This document shows, one piece after another, positions 1-8,840 of a stretch of DNA of 64,000 nucleotides (positions within the stretch are counted from its first letter, which is position 1; each line of letters opens with the position of its first letter). The DNA is taken from contig CAIWXI010000137.1 of the NCBI GenBank assembly GCA_903916595.1, forward strand, positions 2,979 through 66,978, written 5' to 3'. Origin of the DNA: an uncultured Bacteroidales bacterium (GTDB lineage: Bacteria > Bacteroidota > Bacteroidia > Bacteroidales > FEN-979). The position numbers were made by a program, and so were the translations under genes. The notes under the pieces are model-generated. The model was not told the DNA's origin. It made no database searches and worked only from the letters and a program-made list of their open reading frames with translations.

Positions 1-26
1 CGGGTTTTTAAAACCCGGAAGGTTTT
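1..26. repeat. Palindrome, probably cut by the window edge (REP-like)
   Basis: CGGGTTTTTAAAAACCCG (1-18) is a perfect inverted repeat, followed by GAAGGTTT. Confidence 0.4.
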
Positions 27-122
27 TTTCAAAATAATTTAAAATTCAAAAAGAAAATAGATGTTTGCCGGATAAGCTTATGTTTAAAACTACTTAGTCT
101 TTAGCAGGCAGGTGTTTTTTTT

Positions 123-2348
123 TCATTTGAGAATATTCGTACTCCCTTCATAAACGACCTGAATGTAATTCGTAGTATTGACTTGAACAGTATTCAACTC
201 ATTGTTCCCAATCCCCTTGATTGAGTATTGATAATTGGCAACTATATGGTTTAATTTATTCGGAGCTAATAATTGGAGTCCACCAACCGCGGTTGCAGTG
301 TTCGCTTTCTGTTTGGTGGATGCCTTAGCAAAAGCGTTAACCGTATTAGGACTAAGCGCACTCGTAACAATTTCACTGTTATTAAAGCCCCCACCCGTTA
401 AAGATACATTTGTTAATCCATAAACAAATGGAATTTGCTGGTTTGTTGATGGGCCTGTTTGTATCTGGACCATTGCGGCATCGTGCACTAAGTAATAATT
501 ATCTGTCGAAATTGTATTACAATTACAACTCATAGAGCCAATGGTGTTGTCTCCGTAGTAAAATTTTTCGGAAGAATGGGGATAAATTGTACCCTGGTTA
601 TCTGTAGTTGCAACGCTGGGAGCCTCAATATCTCCATGATTATCAAATGGCATATTTGGCTGCATCCAAAAATTGCAACTAGTATGGCTCCAAGCGGTAG
701 TGTTTGTAATGTAGGCATACCCCCAGTTCCATCGTTGGCAAAAGAAAGCCAGTGGGATATCACTGGATGTTCGCTGGTAGGTATCGAAATCATTTAAATC
801 ATCCGGGTTATAATAATAGAGTTGGACCTGCCCTGCGATTTTAACTTTATGAGGCCAGGGGTAAGTGCTGCTATTGTTATCCTCCACGGATATAGGTTGT
901 GTACCTCTAGGGTAATTACTTCCCACTCCCAATTTGCCGAATCGGTAAACATTCCAATGGTTATCAGGAGAGCACTTAGTTGGCACATAAGGGTTTTCAT
1001 AATCATCCCAATAAGCATAAGAGAATTGGCTCAGCATACCACCTTTTCCATTTTTTGTATCCCTGGCAGTAGCAGTTATTTGTCCCCAGGTTGCTATTCC
1101 TACCGTAATACTGTCAACTTGTTGGTTCATCAAATTATTTGAAGTGTATTTATGAGGTGTAATGATAGTGCCAGCCACGTAAGGGAATGATAATCCCAAC
1201 CCCTTGTAAACTATGTTGGTGAGTACCTGAGCTCTTGCAAGAGGTCCGTTAAACATGTCATCTGGGGCTATTCCTGCATCACGATAGTAAGAATCATTTT
1301 CAAAATTAGAAAAATGGTGAAAATCAGCAAGGTTTATAGCAAGATAATCGACCGTGTAAAGGTACATGTCCAGTTCCTTCCTCAACATAGGGGCAAATAC
1401 TTCATTAATGTAAGTTTCTGATTCAGTTTCCAGAGGATGGACTGCCTTTACGGCGTTGCAATATGCAATTGCACCTTGAACCTGATAATTTAATATGGTT
1501 ACAAAATAACTCTCAAAAATAAGGAATGCGCTTTTAATATCTTCTTGTTTAACATTATTACCATCCCCACTGTGACTCTTATAGAATTGTGTGAACAACA
1601 CTTGAGCATGTGGCATTAAACCATTTTCGGATGGTTCAGGAGACAATTTCGGACAGATAATTGAATATATCTGCGAAACAGCATCGTGTGGACTATTAAT
1701 TACACTGGAAGAATTTTGAGTACTCCATGTCACCGAACTGGATTTTACCTCATTCCATTGAGCTTCGCTGATTGACCCCTTTTGAAAATCCCTTGCCATC
1801 CTGGCATAATACGTTAATCCAATGGAGGTAGAGGAATCCATTACTGCATTTCCAATAGCAGTAATATATTCATTAAATTTCCCATTGATTGCAAAGTCTT
1901 TCATCATAACAGTTTGAAGATCAAGCGCATTACTAAGGTCATTAACTTGAGCAGACAGGGCGGTGATCTGCTGTGAAATGTTGTTAAGTTCGTGTGTTAC
2001 ATTAGAATAATTATTGTCAGACGTCGTCCCGTCCTGAATATGCCAGACGATATCAGCGATTTGCATAAAAACATCAGGAATTTCAGGCAAGGATACACCA
2101 CCCTGCAAACCACTTGAGGTGTTCATAAGCAAATTTATTGGAATTTTACGATCTCGTGCAATCTCATATTGCGTCATCATATCTGGTGGCTTATTGCTGA
2201 AAATATCCACAGGCGCTTCAGGTGGGTTTACCGGTGGGGTCACAGGTTCTACACTCTCTTTCTTCTTACAGGAAACGGCAATGATCACCATCAGCGCCAG
2301 CAAAAGGGCTGCCGGCAGGATTTTGCGGAACAGGTTTTTTGTTTTCAT
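123..2348 (-). CDS. Large hypothetical lipoprotein (SPII signal, Pro-rich linker, coiled-coil/helical N-half, beta-rich C-half)
   Basis: 741-aa ORF with signal ...IIAVS-C-KKKES, PVTPPVNPPEAP linker and heptad segment NVTHELNNISQQITALSAQVNDLSNAL. Confidence 0.8.
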   Translation of the reverse strand: MKTKNLFRKILPAALLLALMVIIAVSCKKKESVEPVTPPVNPPEAPVDIFSNKPPDMMTQYEIARDRKIPINLLMNTSSGLQGGVSLPEIPDVFMQIADIVWHIQDGTTSDNNYSNVTHELNNISQQITALSAQVNDLSNALDLQTVMMKDFAINGKFNEYITAIGNAVMDSSTSIGLTYYARMARDFQKGSISEAQWNEVKSSSVTWSTQNSSSVINSPHDAVSQIYSIICPKLSPEPSENGLMPHAQVLFTQFYKSHSGDGNNVKQEDIKSAFLIFESYFVTILNYQVQGAIAYCNAVKAVHPLETESETYINEVFAPMLRKELDMYLYTVDYLAINLADFHHFSNFENDSYYRDAGIAPDDMFNGPLARAQVLTNIVYKGLGLSFPYVAGTIITPHKYTSNNLMNQQVDSITVGIATWGQITATARDTKNGKGGMLSQFSYAYWDDYENPYVPTKCSPDNHWNVYRFGKLGVGSNYPRGTQPISVEDNNSSTYPWPHKVKIAGQVQLYYYNPDDLNDFDTYQRTSSDIPLAFFCQRWNWGYAYITNTTAWSHTSCNFWMQPNMPFDNHGDIEAPSVATTDNQGTIYPHSSEKFYYGDNTIGSMSCNCNTISTDNYYLVHDAAMVQIQTGPSTNQQIPFVYGLTNVSLTGGGFNNSEIVTSALSPNTVNAFAKASTKQKANTATAVGGLQLLAPNKLNHIVANYQYSIKGIGNNELNTVQVNTTNYIQVVYEGSTNILK

Positions 2349-2381
2349 GGTTTGGTTTAAGGTTTATTTATTTTTTATATC

Positions 2382-2467
2382 CGCCAAATCGCGGCGAAAC
2401 TTGTGCCGGTAAAAGTATAGTCAAAAAATCCTGCTCTGACAAATGGCACGTTAGCATTATGTTAACA
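2382..2467 (-). promoter_or_regulatory. Promoter of lipoprotein gene with GTTAGCA-N4-GTTAACA box; copy 1 of an ~85-bp duplication
   Basis: Minus-strand TACTTTTA (2410-2417) and TTTG (2440-2443); near-identical to 3766-3851. Confidence 0.65.
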
Positions 2468-3029
2468 TTGGAGGAGAAATTTCGAGGTGAGGCCTTACAT
2501 TTTTTCTCTTTTTGGCCATGACATGTGCTTTTGTAAATTTGTAAAACTTAAGTGATGAATTAGTTAGCTTGTATTATTCACAAAAATACAAGTTAAGGCA
2601 AGTGCAGAATTAAAATGCAACAGGCTTCTGGTTATTACCAATGATTTGGAACGAACAGAAAAACATTCCTGATTCGGTTTTGAAGGCGAAATCGAATTCA
2701 TAACATTATGGAATTGGTTTTTGACATTGCAAACATTGTAAATCAGAAACATAACCAACAGCAAAAGGCCAATCAGTCTGAACGTTTTTTTAAGCTACTG
2801 CTCAAAATAAATCTCTTACAGCGCTTCCAGTGTAATTTTTCAACCCCGAAACCTTGGTTATTTATCAGTTTCAGTGTAATCAGCCGCAAACATTATTTCT
2901 AATGCGATTACTACAACTATAAAAGTTGCTATAGATCCCAGAACATACCAAAGCATAGTTTTAAGTTTTAGAATTATTTTTCAATAAATAAATTGTGAAG
3001 TTACCGTTTGTCAAAATAAACCTTGTTTA

Positions 3030-3428
3030 GAGTCTGTTTAAAAATTAAGAGTTAATATATCATTATGCTGATTAACAATCGAATGTGAATAAAAAGTAAA
3101 ATGGCCTTCGAAAATGGTTTGACAGAAGAAACGCACGATGTTCTTGTAGAAAAAATCAGAATGGGAATCGGCAAAAAGCCGACAGCATTGGTTGGCATAA
3201 TCGACAGTCAAAGCGTAAAGGCATGTAACCTTAGTGAAGGGGACATTGGATATGATGGAGGCAAAAAGATCAAAGGAAAAAAGCGTCATATTGTTGTCAA
3301 CACATTGGGGTTGGTGATGATCATAGTTATTCATGCTGCCAATATCCATGATAGTGTAGGAGCAAGAGAAGTAATGCGGTCGTTGAAGGATAAGTATCTC
3401 ACTGGTATAATGAATTTTAAACAGACTC
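3030..3428 (+). mobile_element. Internally deleted IS5-family element (~400 bp) with both terminal inverted repeats
   Basis: TTAGAGTCTGTTTAAAA (3027-3043) and TTTTAAACAGACTCTAA (3415-3431) form a perfect 17-bp inverted repeat; TA flanks both GAG ends. Confidence 0.85.
3101..3428 (+). pseudogene. IS5-family transposase fragment
   Basis: IIDSQSVK and GYDGGKKIKGKKRHIVVNTLG motifs present; N- and C-terminal parts missing. Confidence 0.85.
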
Positions 3429-3697
3429 TAAGTATGCCATTCGCCATTTGAATAAATACTTAATCCGCCGTTGGAACCGCAATCGAGACAAAACACCATC
3501 AATCCCTCTGCCGGGCTGACAATGGCATTTTGTTCTATAAAGCTCATTCTGGGGATCAGGATGCCCATGGTCGTTGATTTCACATCGAGCATGGCGGAAT
3601 TATCCGGAGAGCTGCTGTCGGTGTTGATAGCTATCTGGGCATATACACCCATCCCCGTGATCAGGAATACAACTAAAAATGCAATGACCTTCTTCAT
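3428..3697 (-). pseudogene. Truncated secreted protein (N-terminus only), cut by the IS end
   Basis: Signal peptide MKKVIAFL..VYAQ followed by the IAINTD..SAMLDVKST..GILIPRM..GLMVFC module typical of large Bacteroidota secreted proteins; the stop codon is formed at the IS junction. Confidence 0.7.
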
Positions 3698-3765
3698 GGT
3701 AAACGAACTTTTAATGAGTGACATCAGTTTGTTTTACATCAGGAATCTTGTATTTGGCAATAATC

Positions 3766-3942
3766 TGCCAAATTCCGACGAAACTTGTGGCTACAAAAGT
3801 ATAGTCAAAAAATCCTGCTTTTACAAATGGCACGTTAGCATTATGTTAGCAGTCAGAGAAAAAAAATCTGTCCTGCTAACATACTGCTAACATATTTGAA
3901 TACCGGTTACCATAGTTTCCCCTTTTAAATAATGTACTTTTG
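3766..3942. promoter_or_regulatory. Divergent promoter region with paired GTTAGCA-N4-GTTAGCA boxes in both orientations
   Basis: GTTAGCA at 3834-3840 and 3845-3851; TGCTAAC at 3874-3880 and 3885-3891; -7 element TACTTTTG on minus (3794-3801) and on plus (3935-3942). Confidence 0.7.
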
Positions 3943-3964
3943 CCCGGACCAATTATTCGCTGGA

Positions 3965-6277
3965 ATGAGATCTGCTCTGTATTTAATACTTTGTTTTTTT
4001 ACCCCTTTACTTTTAAGCGCCCAAAGGCTGATTTTAACCGGCAACAATTCCAATTACGACGCTTCGAAGTATATTCAATATGCCATTGATACGAATTCAA
4101 ATAAGCGGATTGAGGAGATGAAAAACAATTCAGTAAAGTGGCAATCGTTTAAAAACGGACAAACGCCAAACATGGGCATTCGCGAGGCAACGGTTTGGTT
4201 TTCGTTTGCGCTTATGAATAATTCTGAAAGAAACGAGTGGATTTTGCATGTTGACTATAGAACTCTGGATGATGTATCCCTTTTCATCTTCGACAGTGCA
4301 GGAACTTTACTGCTTTCGGGCAGCCAGGGTATCCTCACCCGGAATATCCACCATCAGCGGATGCCGGTTTTTCCTTTATTCCTGGAAAAAAATAAAAGTA
4401 TAACAGTTTACCTGAGGGTTCAAACAAGTTCATTGCTGATTTTCCCGGTGAAAATTTCGACACCACTGGCCTTTTCTGAATCGGAAAATGCACAGCGGAA
4501 TGTTTACCTGCCTGCCCTGGGTATCCTGTTGGCCATGTTGTTGATTAACATTTTATTGCTCTTCACAAGCCGGGAAAAGGCATTCCTCTTTTTGTCCCTC
4601 TCCATTGCCGCCGAAATCTGTTTTATTGCGACAGTTGTAGGACTATTCTACGAATATGTGCAGTTCAATCCGGCCATTATTCTTCAAAAACTTCGCTTTA
4701 TTTTTATTGGATTGGCATATGGATTTCATATCCTTTTTGCAGTTTATTATTTGAATTTGAAAAATCACAACAAACTCCTGCGGGCAGAAGTGACCGCCAT
4801 CATTGGTTTTTTCGCCTTCGCACTCCTCGCAGGAACGGGCATGATCAACGCGCATATTTCAGGAACCTTCCTGGTGCCTGTAAATATTCTTTTCTTTTTG
4901 ATTCAATTCACCATTGCAGGGTATCTGTCCCTGAAGAAGGCTCCCATGTCCTGCTATTACCTCTTTTCATTTTCACCGATCATCCTGGCAATGTTGCTCT
5001 ATATCGCAGTTTATAACTCATGGATCGGGGCCAACCTTTTTTTTTCAAACAGCGGGCTCTATGCCAGCGCCTTGTTTGCCATTTTCCTGACTTCCGGGTT
5101 AACCGAAAAGATGATCAATGTAAAACATGCAACAGCGCGCGCCGACCGCCTGGAAGTTGATAAAATTGCCCTGAATGCAGAAATTATGCGCAGACAAGAG
5201 GTTGAGAAGCATCTTAAGGAGAGTGAACTCCGGTTCCATCACCTTTTTGAACTATCTCCGTTGCCGATACTTCTGTCAGAATTTGAAAGCGGTAAAATTG
5301 TGGATTTGAACATTGCCTTAACTGATTTCACCGGTTTGAGCAAAGCCGACATCCTTGGCAATACGATTTTTGGCCTGGGCTTTACTGATAGAAAGAAACG
5401 GGATGAGTTATCGCGTATTCTTTCCGAAAAGGAGCATGTGCTGGCCTATGAAACAACCCTTTCCGTCAATGGCGATCAGCGGATCATACACTTTTTCATG
5501 TCGGTGTTGCATATAAACCAGGGAAGATTCATCATCACCGTGATTTCGGATATCACCAACCAGAAAGATGTTGAAGCCCGATTAAAAGAGTTGAATCTCA
5601 CCAAGGATAAATTTTTCTCCATCATCGCACACGACCTGGTGAACCCATTCCATGCCATGATCCTGTACAGTAAAGAGCTGAAAGTATATACTGCCGGAAA
5701 TGAACGGGCTGCCGCATACAATAATAACCTGTTGACGACTGCCCAGAACACCTATAATCTTTTGCAGAACCTGTTGACCTGGGCAAGGGCTCAAACCAGG
5801 CAAATCTCATTCAATCCGCATGCAGTCAATCTCGGAGACCTATTGGCTGATACCGTTTCCGATGCGTTGTCTATTGCTAAATCAAAACAGATTGACATTA
5901 TTAACGAGGCTGGCCGGGAAATACTGATTGAAGCTGATGTACAGATGATCACCCTGGTACTGAGGAACCTGATCTCAAACAGCATCAAGTTTTCTTTCAA
6001 CCAAGGGGTCATTAAAATTTCATCGCATGAAGATGAGCATCATATTACCATTTCAGTGTCTGACAAAGGTACCGGCATGGATGCAGACGAAACCGCGAAG
6101 TTATTCGACCTGTTTAAAACTGCCCAGTGCCCCGGTACGGCAGGTGAGACAGGTACCGGGCTTGGCCTTGTCATCTGCCATGAATTTGTAAATTACCATG
6201 GAGGAAGTATTAAGGTGGAAAGCCAGCCGGGCCGGGGAAGTACGTTTAATATCACACTGCCAAAGAAACAACAATGA
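3965..6277 (+). CDS. Sensor histidine kinase (7TM-DISMED2 + 7TM + PAS + HisKA/HATPase)
   Basis: H-box FSIIAHDL, N-box RNLISNSIKF, G boxes DKGTGM and GTGLGL, seven hydrophobic segments. Start moved to ATG 3965 because the track start overlaps the -7 element. Confidence 0.92.
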   Translation: MRSALYLILCFFTPLLLSAQRLILTGNNSNYDASKYIQYAIDTNSNKRIEEMKNNSVKWQSFKNGQTPNMGIREATVWFSFALMNNSERNEWILHVDYRTLDDVSLFIFDSAGTLLLSGSQGILTRNIHHQRMPVFPLFLEKNKSITVYLRVQTSSLLIFPVKISTPLAFSESENAQRNVYLPALGILLAMLLINILLLFTSREKAFLFLSLSIAAEICFIATVVGLFYEYVQFNPAIILQKLRFIFIGLAYGFHILFAVYYLNLKNHNKLLRAEVTAIIGFFAFALLAGTGMINAHISGTFLVPVNILFFLIQFTIAGYLSLKKAPMSCYYLFSFSPIILAMLLYIAVYNSWIGANLFFSNSGLYASALFAIFLTSGLTEKMINVKHATARADRLEVDKIALNAEIMRRQEVEKHLKESELRFHHLFELSPLPILLSEFESGKIVDLNIALTDFTGLSKADILGNTIFGLGFTDRKKRDELSRILSEKEHVLAYETTLSVNGDQRIIHFFMSVLHINQGRFIITVISDITNQKDVEARLKELNLTKDKFFSIIAHDLVNPFHAMILYSKELKVYTAGNERAAAYNNNLLTTAQNTYNLLQNLLTWARAQTRQISFNPHAVNLGDLLADTVSDALSIAKSKQIDIINEAGREILIEADVQMITLVLRNLISNSIKFSFNQGVIKISSHEDEHHITISVSDKGTGMDADETAKLFDLFKTAQCPGTAGETGTGLGLVICHEFVNYHGGSIKVESQPGRGSTFNITLPKKQQ

Positions 6278-7089
6278 AACAGAAAGTGCTGATCGCAGAT
6301 GATTCTGAGGTAAACCTGATGATCATGCGTGATATTTTATTCGATGCGGGTTATGAGATCCTGGTTGCACAAAATGGGCAAATCGCCGTTGAACGAAGCC
6401 TGATTCATATTCCTGATTTAATCCTGATGGACTGGCAGATGCCGGTCATGAATGGTGTGGATGCACTGGAAATTTTAAAAAAGGATACCAGAACCAGCGA
6501 AATCCCGGTCATAATGGTAACAGGTATTGCCACCACGGCAGAGAACCTGCAGGAAGCCTATGAAAAGGGCGCCATCGATTTTATAAAAAAGCCGTTTGAA
6601 AAGATTGAACTGCTGGCGCGGGTCAAAGCTATGTTGTCATTGGTCACCTACTATAAACTGGTTATCGATCACAAAAACAACGAACTTTCAGCTGCTTTCC
6701 TCCAGTTGAGCCGCCTCACTGAATTGCATCAGCAGATATCCAAAAAGCTATCGGTACTCAAAGAAAATTACCCGGCAGTGGAAAACCTGGTAAACGAGAT
6801 CATCGGCAATGTATCGGTACAACTGTTAAATGAAGCATGGAATCGCTATGAAGAGAATTACCGGGAATTAAATCCCACTTTTTACAAACAGTTTCTGGCA
6901 ATGCACCCCGACATTACACCTGCAGAAATCAGGCTTTGCACCCTCTTGCGTTTAAATATGAGTTCCAAGGAAATCGCTGCATCCATTCACCAGGAAGAGA
7001 CCAGTGTCAGGGTGTCCCGTTCGAGGCTCAGAACAAAATTGGGACTTGCTGATTCTGCAAACCTGGTAGGATATTTAATGCAATTCTAA
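6274..7089 (+). CDS. Response regulator (REC + C-terminal LuxR-like HTH)
   Basis: ADD, DLILMDWQMP and KPF receiver motifs; LNMSSKEIA..SRLRTKLGL HTH; 4-bp overlap with the kinase. Confidence 0.92.
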   Translation: MKQKVLIADDSEVNLMIMRDILFDAGYEILVAQNGQIAVERSLIHIPDLILMDWQMPVMNGVDALEILKKDTRTSEIPVIMVTGIATTAENLQEAYEKGAIDFIKKPFEKIELLARVKAMLSLVTYYKLVIDHKNNELSAAFLQLSRLTELHQQISKKLSVLKENYPAVENLVNEIIGNVSVQLLNEAWNRYEENYRELNPTFYKQFLAMHPDITPAEIRLCTLLRLNMSSKEIAASIHQEETSVRVSRSRLRTKLGLADSANLVGYLMQF

Positions 7090-7296
7090 CTTACCTTGTT
7101 TTTCCTGGGGATAGAAGCTTGATAAAGTGATTTACCTGAAGTAAAAGCATAACTTATTTTATGGCACCTTTTGGGATTAGTTAGCCTTTTCCTGATGCCT
7201 TCGAACACAGGGTTGTGCTGTAAAGATAGTTATATAGCCTTTAGAATCTGTATAACGATATCAATACCCTATTACAATTTATATGGATTGAATGTC

Positions 7297-7320
7297 AAAA
7301 AAGCCCCGGTTTCCAGGGGC
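7297..7320 (-). terminator. Intrinsic terminator of radC
   Basis: Minus strand GCCCCTGGAAACCGGGGC followed by TTTTTT, just after the radC stop. Confidence 0.7.
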
Positions 7321-7327
7321 AAAAAAC

Positions 7328-8068
7328 CTACATGGTGCCTTCATCAGCGAAGGAATAATAGACATCATGGGCAACAATGATATGATCAAGTACAGATATT
7401 TCAAGTAATGCGCCGGCATCTTTGAGCTTCTTTGTAATTTTCATATCTGCCTCACTTGGAGTGCATTGCCCTGAAGGATGGCAATGCCCGAGGATTATCG
7501 AGGTTGTATGATTCTCAAGGGCGATGCAGAATATCTTTTTAGGATCAACTACGGTACCTGAAATTCCGCCTTCGGAAACCTTCACCGTTTTCATGATTTT
7601 GTTTGCGCGGTTCAGCAGCAGCATCCAGAATTCTTCATAAGGCAGCTCGCCCATCAGGGAATGGAAAATCGTATAGGCATCCTGGCTTCGGGAGATTTTA
7701 GGTTTGATAACCACTTCGGCAGCATTTCTTCTGCGGGAGAGGGCAAACATGGAAGCAATCTGGCAGGCGCGTTGTTTTCCGATGCCTTTGACTTTTTGCA
7801 GATCGGATATTCCAAGCTTCCAGAATTCGCAGAGGTTGTTCTGGCACGTTGCCATGATTTTCTGAGCAATGTCAAGGGAGTTTTCCTGGGGAGTGCCGGA
7901 GCCAATGAGGATACTGAGCAGTTCTGCATCGGAGAGGCTTGCAGTGCCTTTAAGTAGTAACTTCTCGATGGGGATGTCATCTTCTGCCCAAAATTGCATT
8001 GGGATCCTGTTTTCGTAGGTTGAGCCATTTTGCAGGCCTTGTTGTGAATCCATGAATGATTTTTTCAT
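7328..8068 (-). CDS. radC: RadC/JAB-domain protein
   Basis: LSDAELLSILI, HhH VKGIG, EEFW and H-x-H-PSG..PSEAD..LDHIIV motifs. Confidence 0.95.
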   Translation of the reverse strand: MKKSFMDSQQGLQNGSTYENRIPMQFWAEDDIPIEKLLLKGTASLSDAELLSILIGSGTPQENSLDIAQKIMATCQNNLCEFWKLGISDLQKVKGIGKQRACQIASMFALSRRRNAAEVVIKPKISRSQDAYTIFHSLMGELPYEEFWMLLLNRANKIMKTVKVSEGGISGTVVDPKKIFCIALENHTTSIILGHCHPSGQCTPSEADMKITKKLKDAGALLEISVLDHIIVAHDVYYSFADEGTM

Positions 8069-8107
8069 CTTTGAATGGTTTTATGCAGCTATCATGGCCG
8101 CGGTTAG

Positions 8108-8273
8108 TACTGAAATCTTGCTGCATGGCTATTACCGGGGAGAAATAAATGATGTCAACGGGTGTTGGTCAGATTGCTTTCCAATCTGAATACACTGAAA
8201 GCGGCTATTCCAAAAGGAGGCCGCCCTTGACAGTTTTATTTTCACATAGGTAACTTTGCAATGATTTCGAGTA
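8108..8273 (+). promoter_or_regulatory. Long imperfect hairpin 1; putative Frpo-like ssDNA promoter upstream of radC
   Basis: Paired segments TACTGAAATCTTGC/GCAATGATTTCGAGTA, TTACC/GGTAA, TGTCAA/TTGACA, TCAGATTG/CAATCTGA and GCGGC/GCCGC; CTTG-21 nt-TAACTTTG on the right arm. Confidence 0.6.
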
Positions 8274-8390
8274 ATAGTGCGCTGGCTTTTTGCTACTTTT
8301 TTCAAAAAGGTGCCCGTTTTCATCCGGTTTTCTTTTTGCCAGTCTTTTTCTTTGCCGGTGCCTGAACAAAGAAAAAGCTGTACGACCATT

Positions 8391-8419
8391 AAAAAAGCAG
8401 GCAGTCTGTGACTGCCTGC
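8391..8419 (-). terminator. Intrinsic terminator of small acidic ORF
   Basis: Perfect 10-bp stem GCAGGCAGTC/GACTGCCTGC plus T6 on the minus strand, 8 nt after the stop. Confidence 0.85.
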
Positions 8420-8427
8420 CGGGGGAG

Positions 8428-8598
8428 TTAGTTTTCCATTCTGAAATTTTTCTGAAACTCATTAAATTCCCATTCGTAGAGGGCCGATTGTTCGTCGGTC
8501 ATCTCTTCTGTAAAGCCTGGGTAGTAAATGCTCTCAATGTGTTGGACAAACATTTCTTCGAATGATTGTTTGCGGGTTTCTCTAGCAAGTGCAGTCAT
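8428..8598 (-). CDS. Unannotated 56-aa acidic, aromatic-rich protein
   Basis: Manual translation MTALARETRKQSFEEMFVQHIESIYYPGFTEEMTDEQSALYEWEFNEFQKNFRMEN; A-rich upstream region and its own terminator; below the ORF-track size cutoff. Confidence 0.75.
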   Translation of the reverse strand: MTALARETRKQSFEEMFVQHIESIYYPGFTEEMTDEQSALYEWEFNEFQKNFRMEN

Positions 8599-8621
8599 GG
8601 TAGTAAGGTTTTAGATTGTGG

Positions 8622-8815
8622 ATACTTGAAATTTTCTGACCGCGAAGCGTTAAACCGGATCGATTGGATAATGTCCAGGGTGTTGGTCAGATTGACTGCC
8701 AATCTGAATACACTGAAAGCGACCGTTTCTTGTCGCCCTTGACTGTTCCAAGCTACAGCGCCTTACCAGCTGGAAGCCCTGTCGATGTAGGTAGCTTTGT
8801 AAGGATTTCAAGTAT
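8622..8815 (+). promoter_or_regulatory. Long imperfect hairpin 2; putative Frpo-like ssDNA promoter upstream of the 56-aa ORF
   Basis: Perfect 11-bp base ATACTTGAAAT/ATTTCAAGTAT, then TTGGA/TCCAA, TCAGATTG/CAATCTGA and GCGAC/GTCGC; TAGCTTTG at 8792-8799. Confidence 0.6.
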
Positions 8816-8840
8816 TATATTGTGGGGTGGGGTTTTGCTC

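Noticed and set aside
2520-3026. AT-rich gap with short ORFs, possible gene remnant or att region
   Set aside because: No recognisable motif, repeat or homology.
7921-7933. GTTCTGCATCGGA matches the mnmE 3' end; possible second att site
   Set aside because: It is inverted relative to mnmE and lies inside intact radC coding sequence; likely chance.
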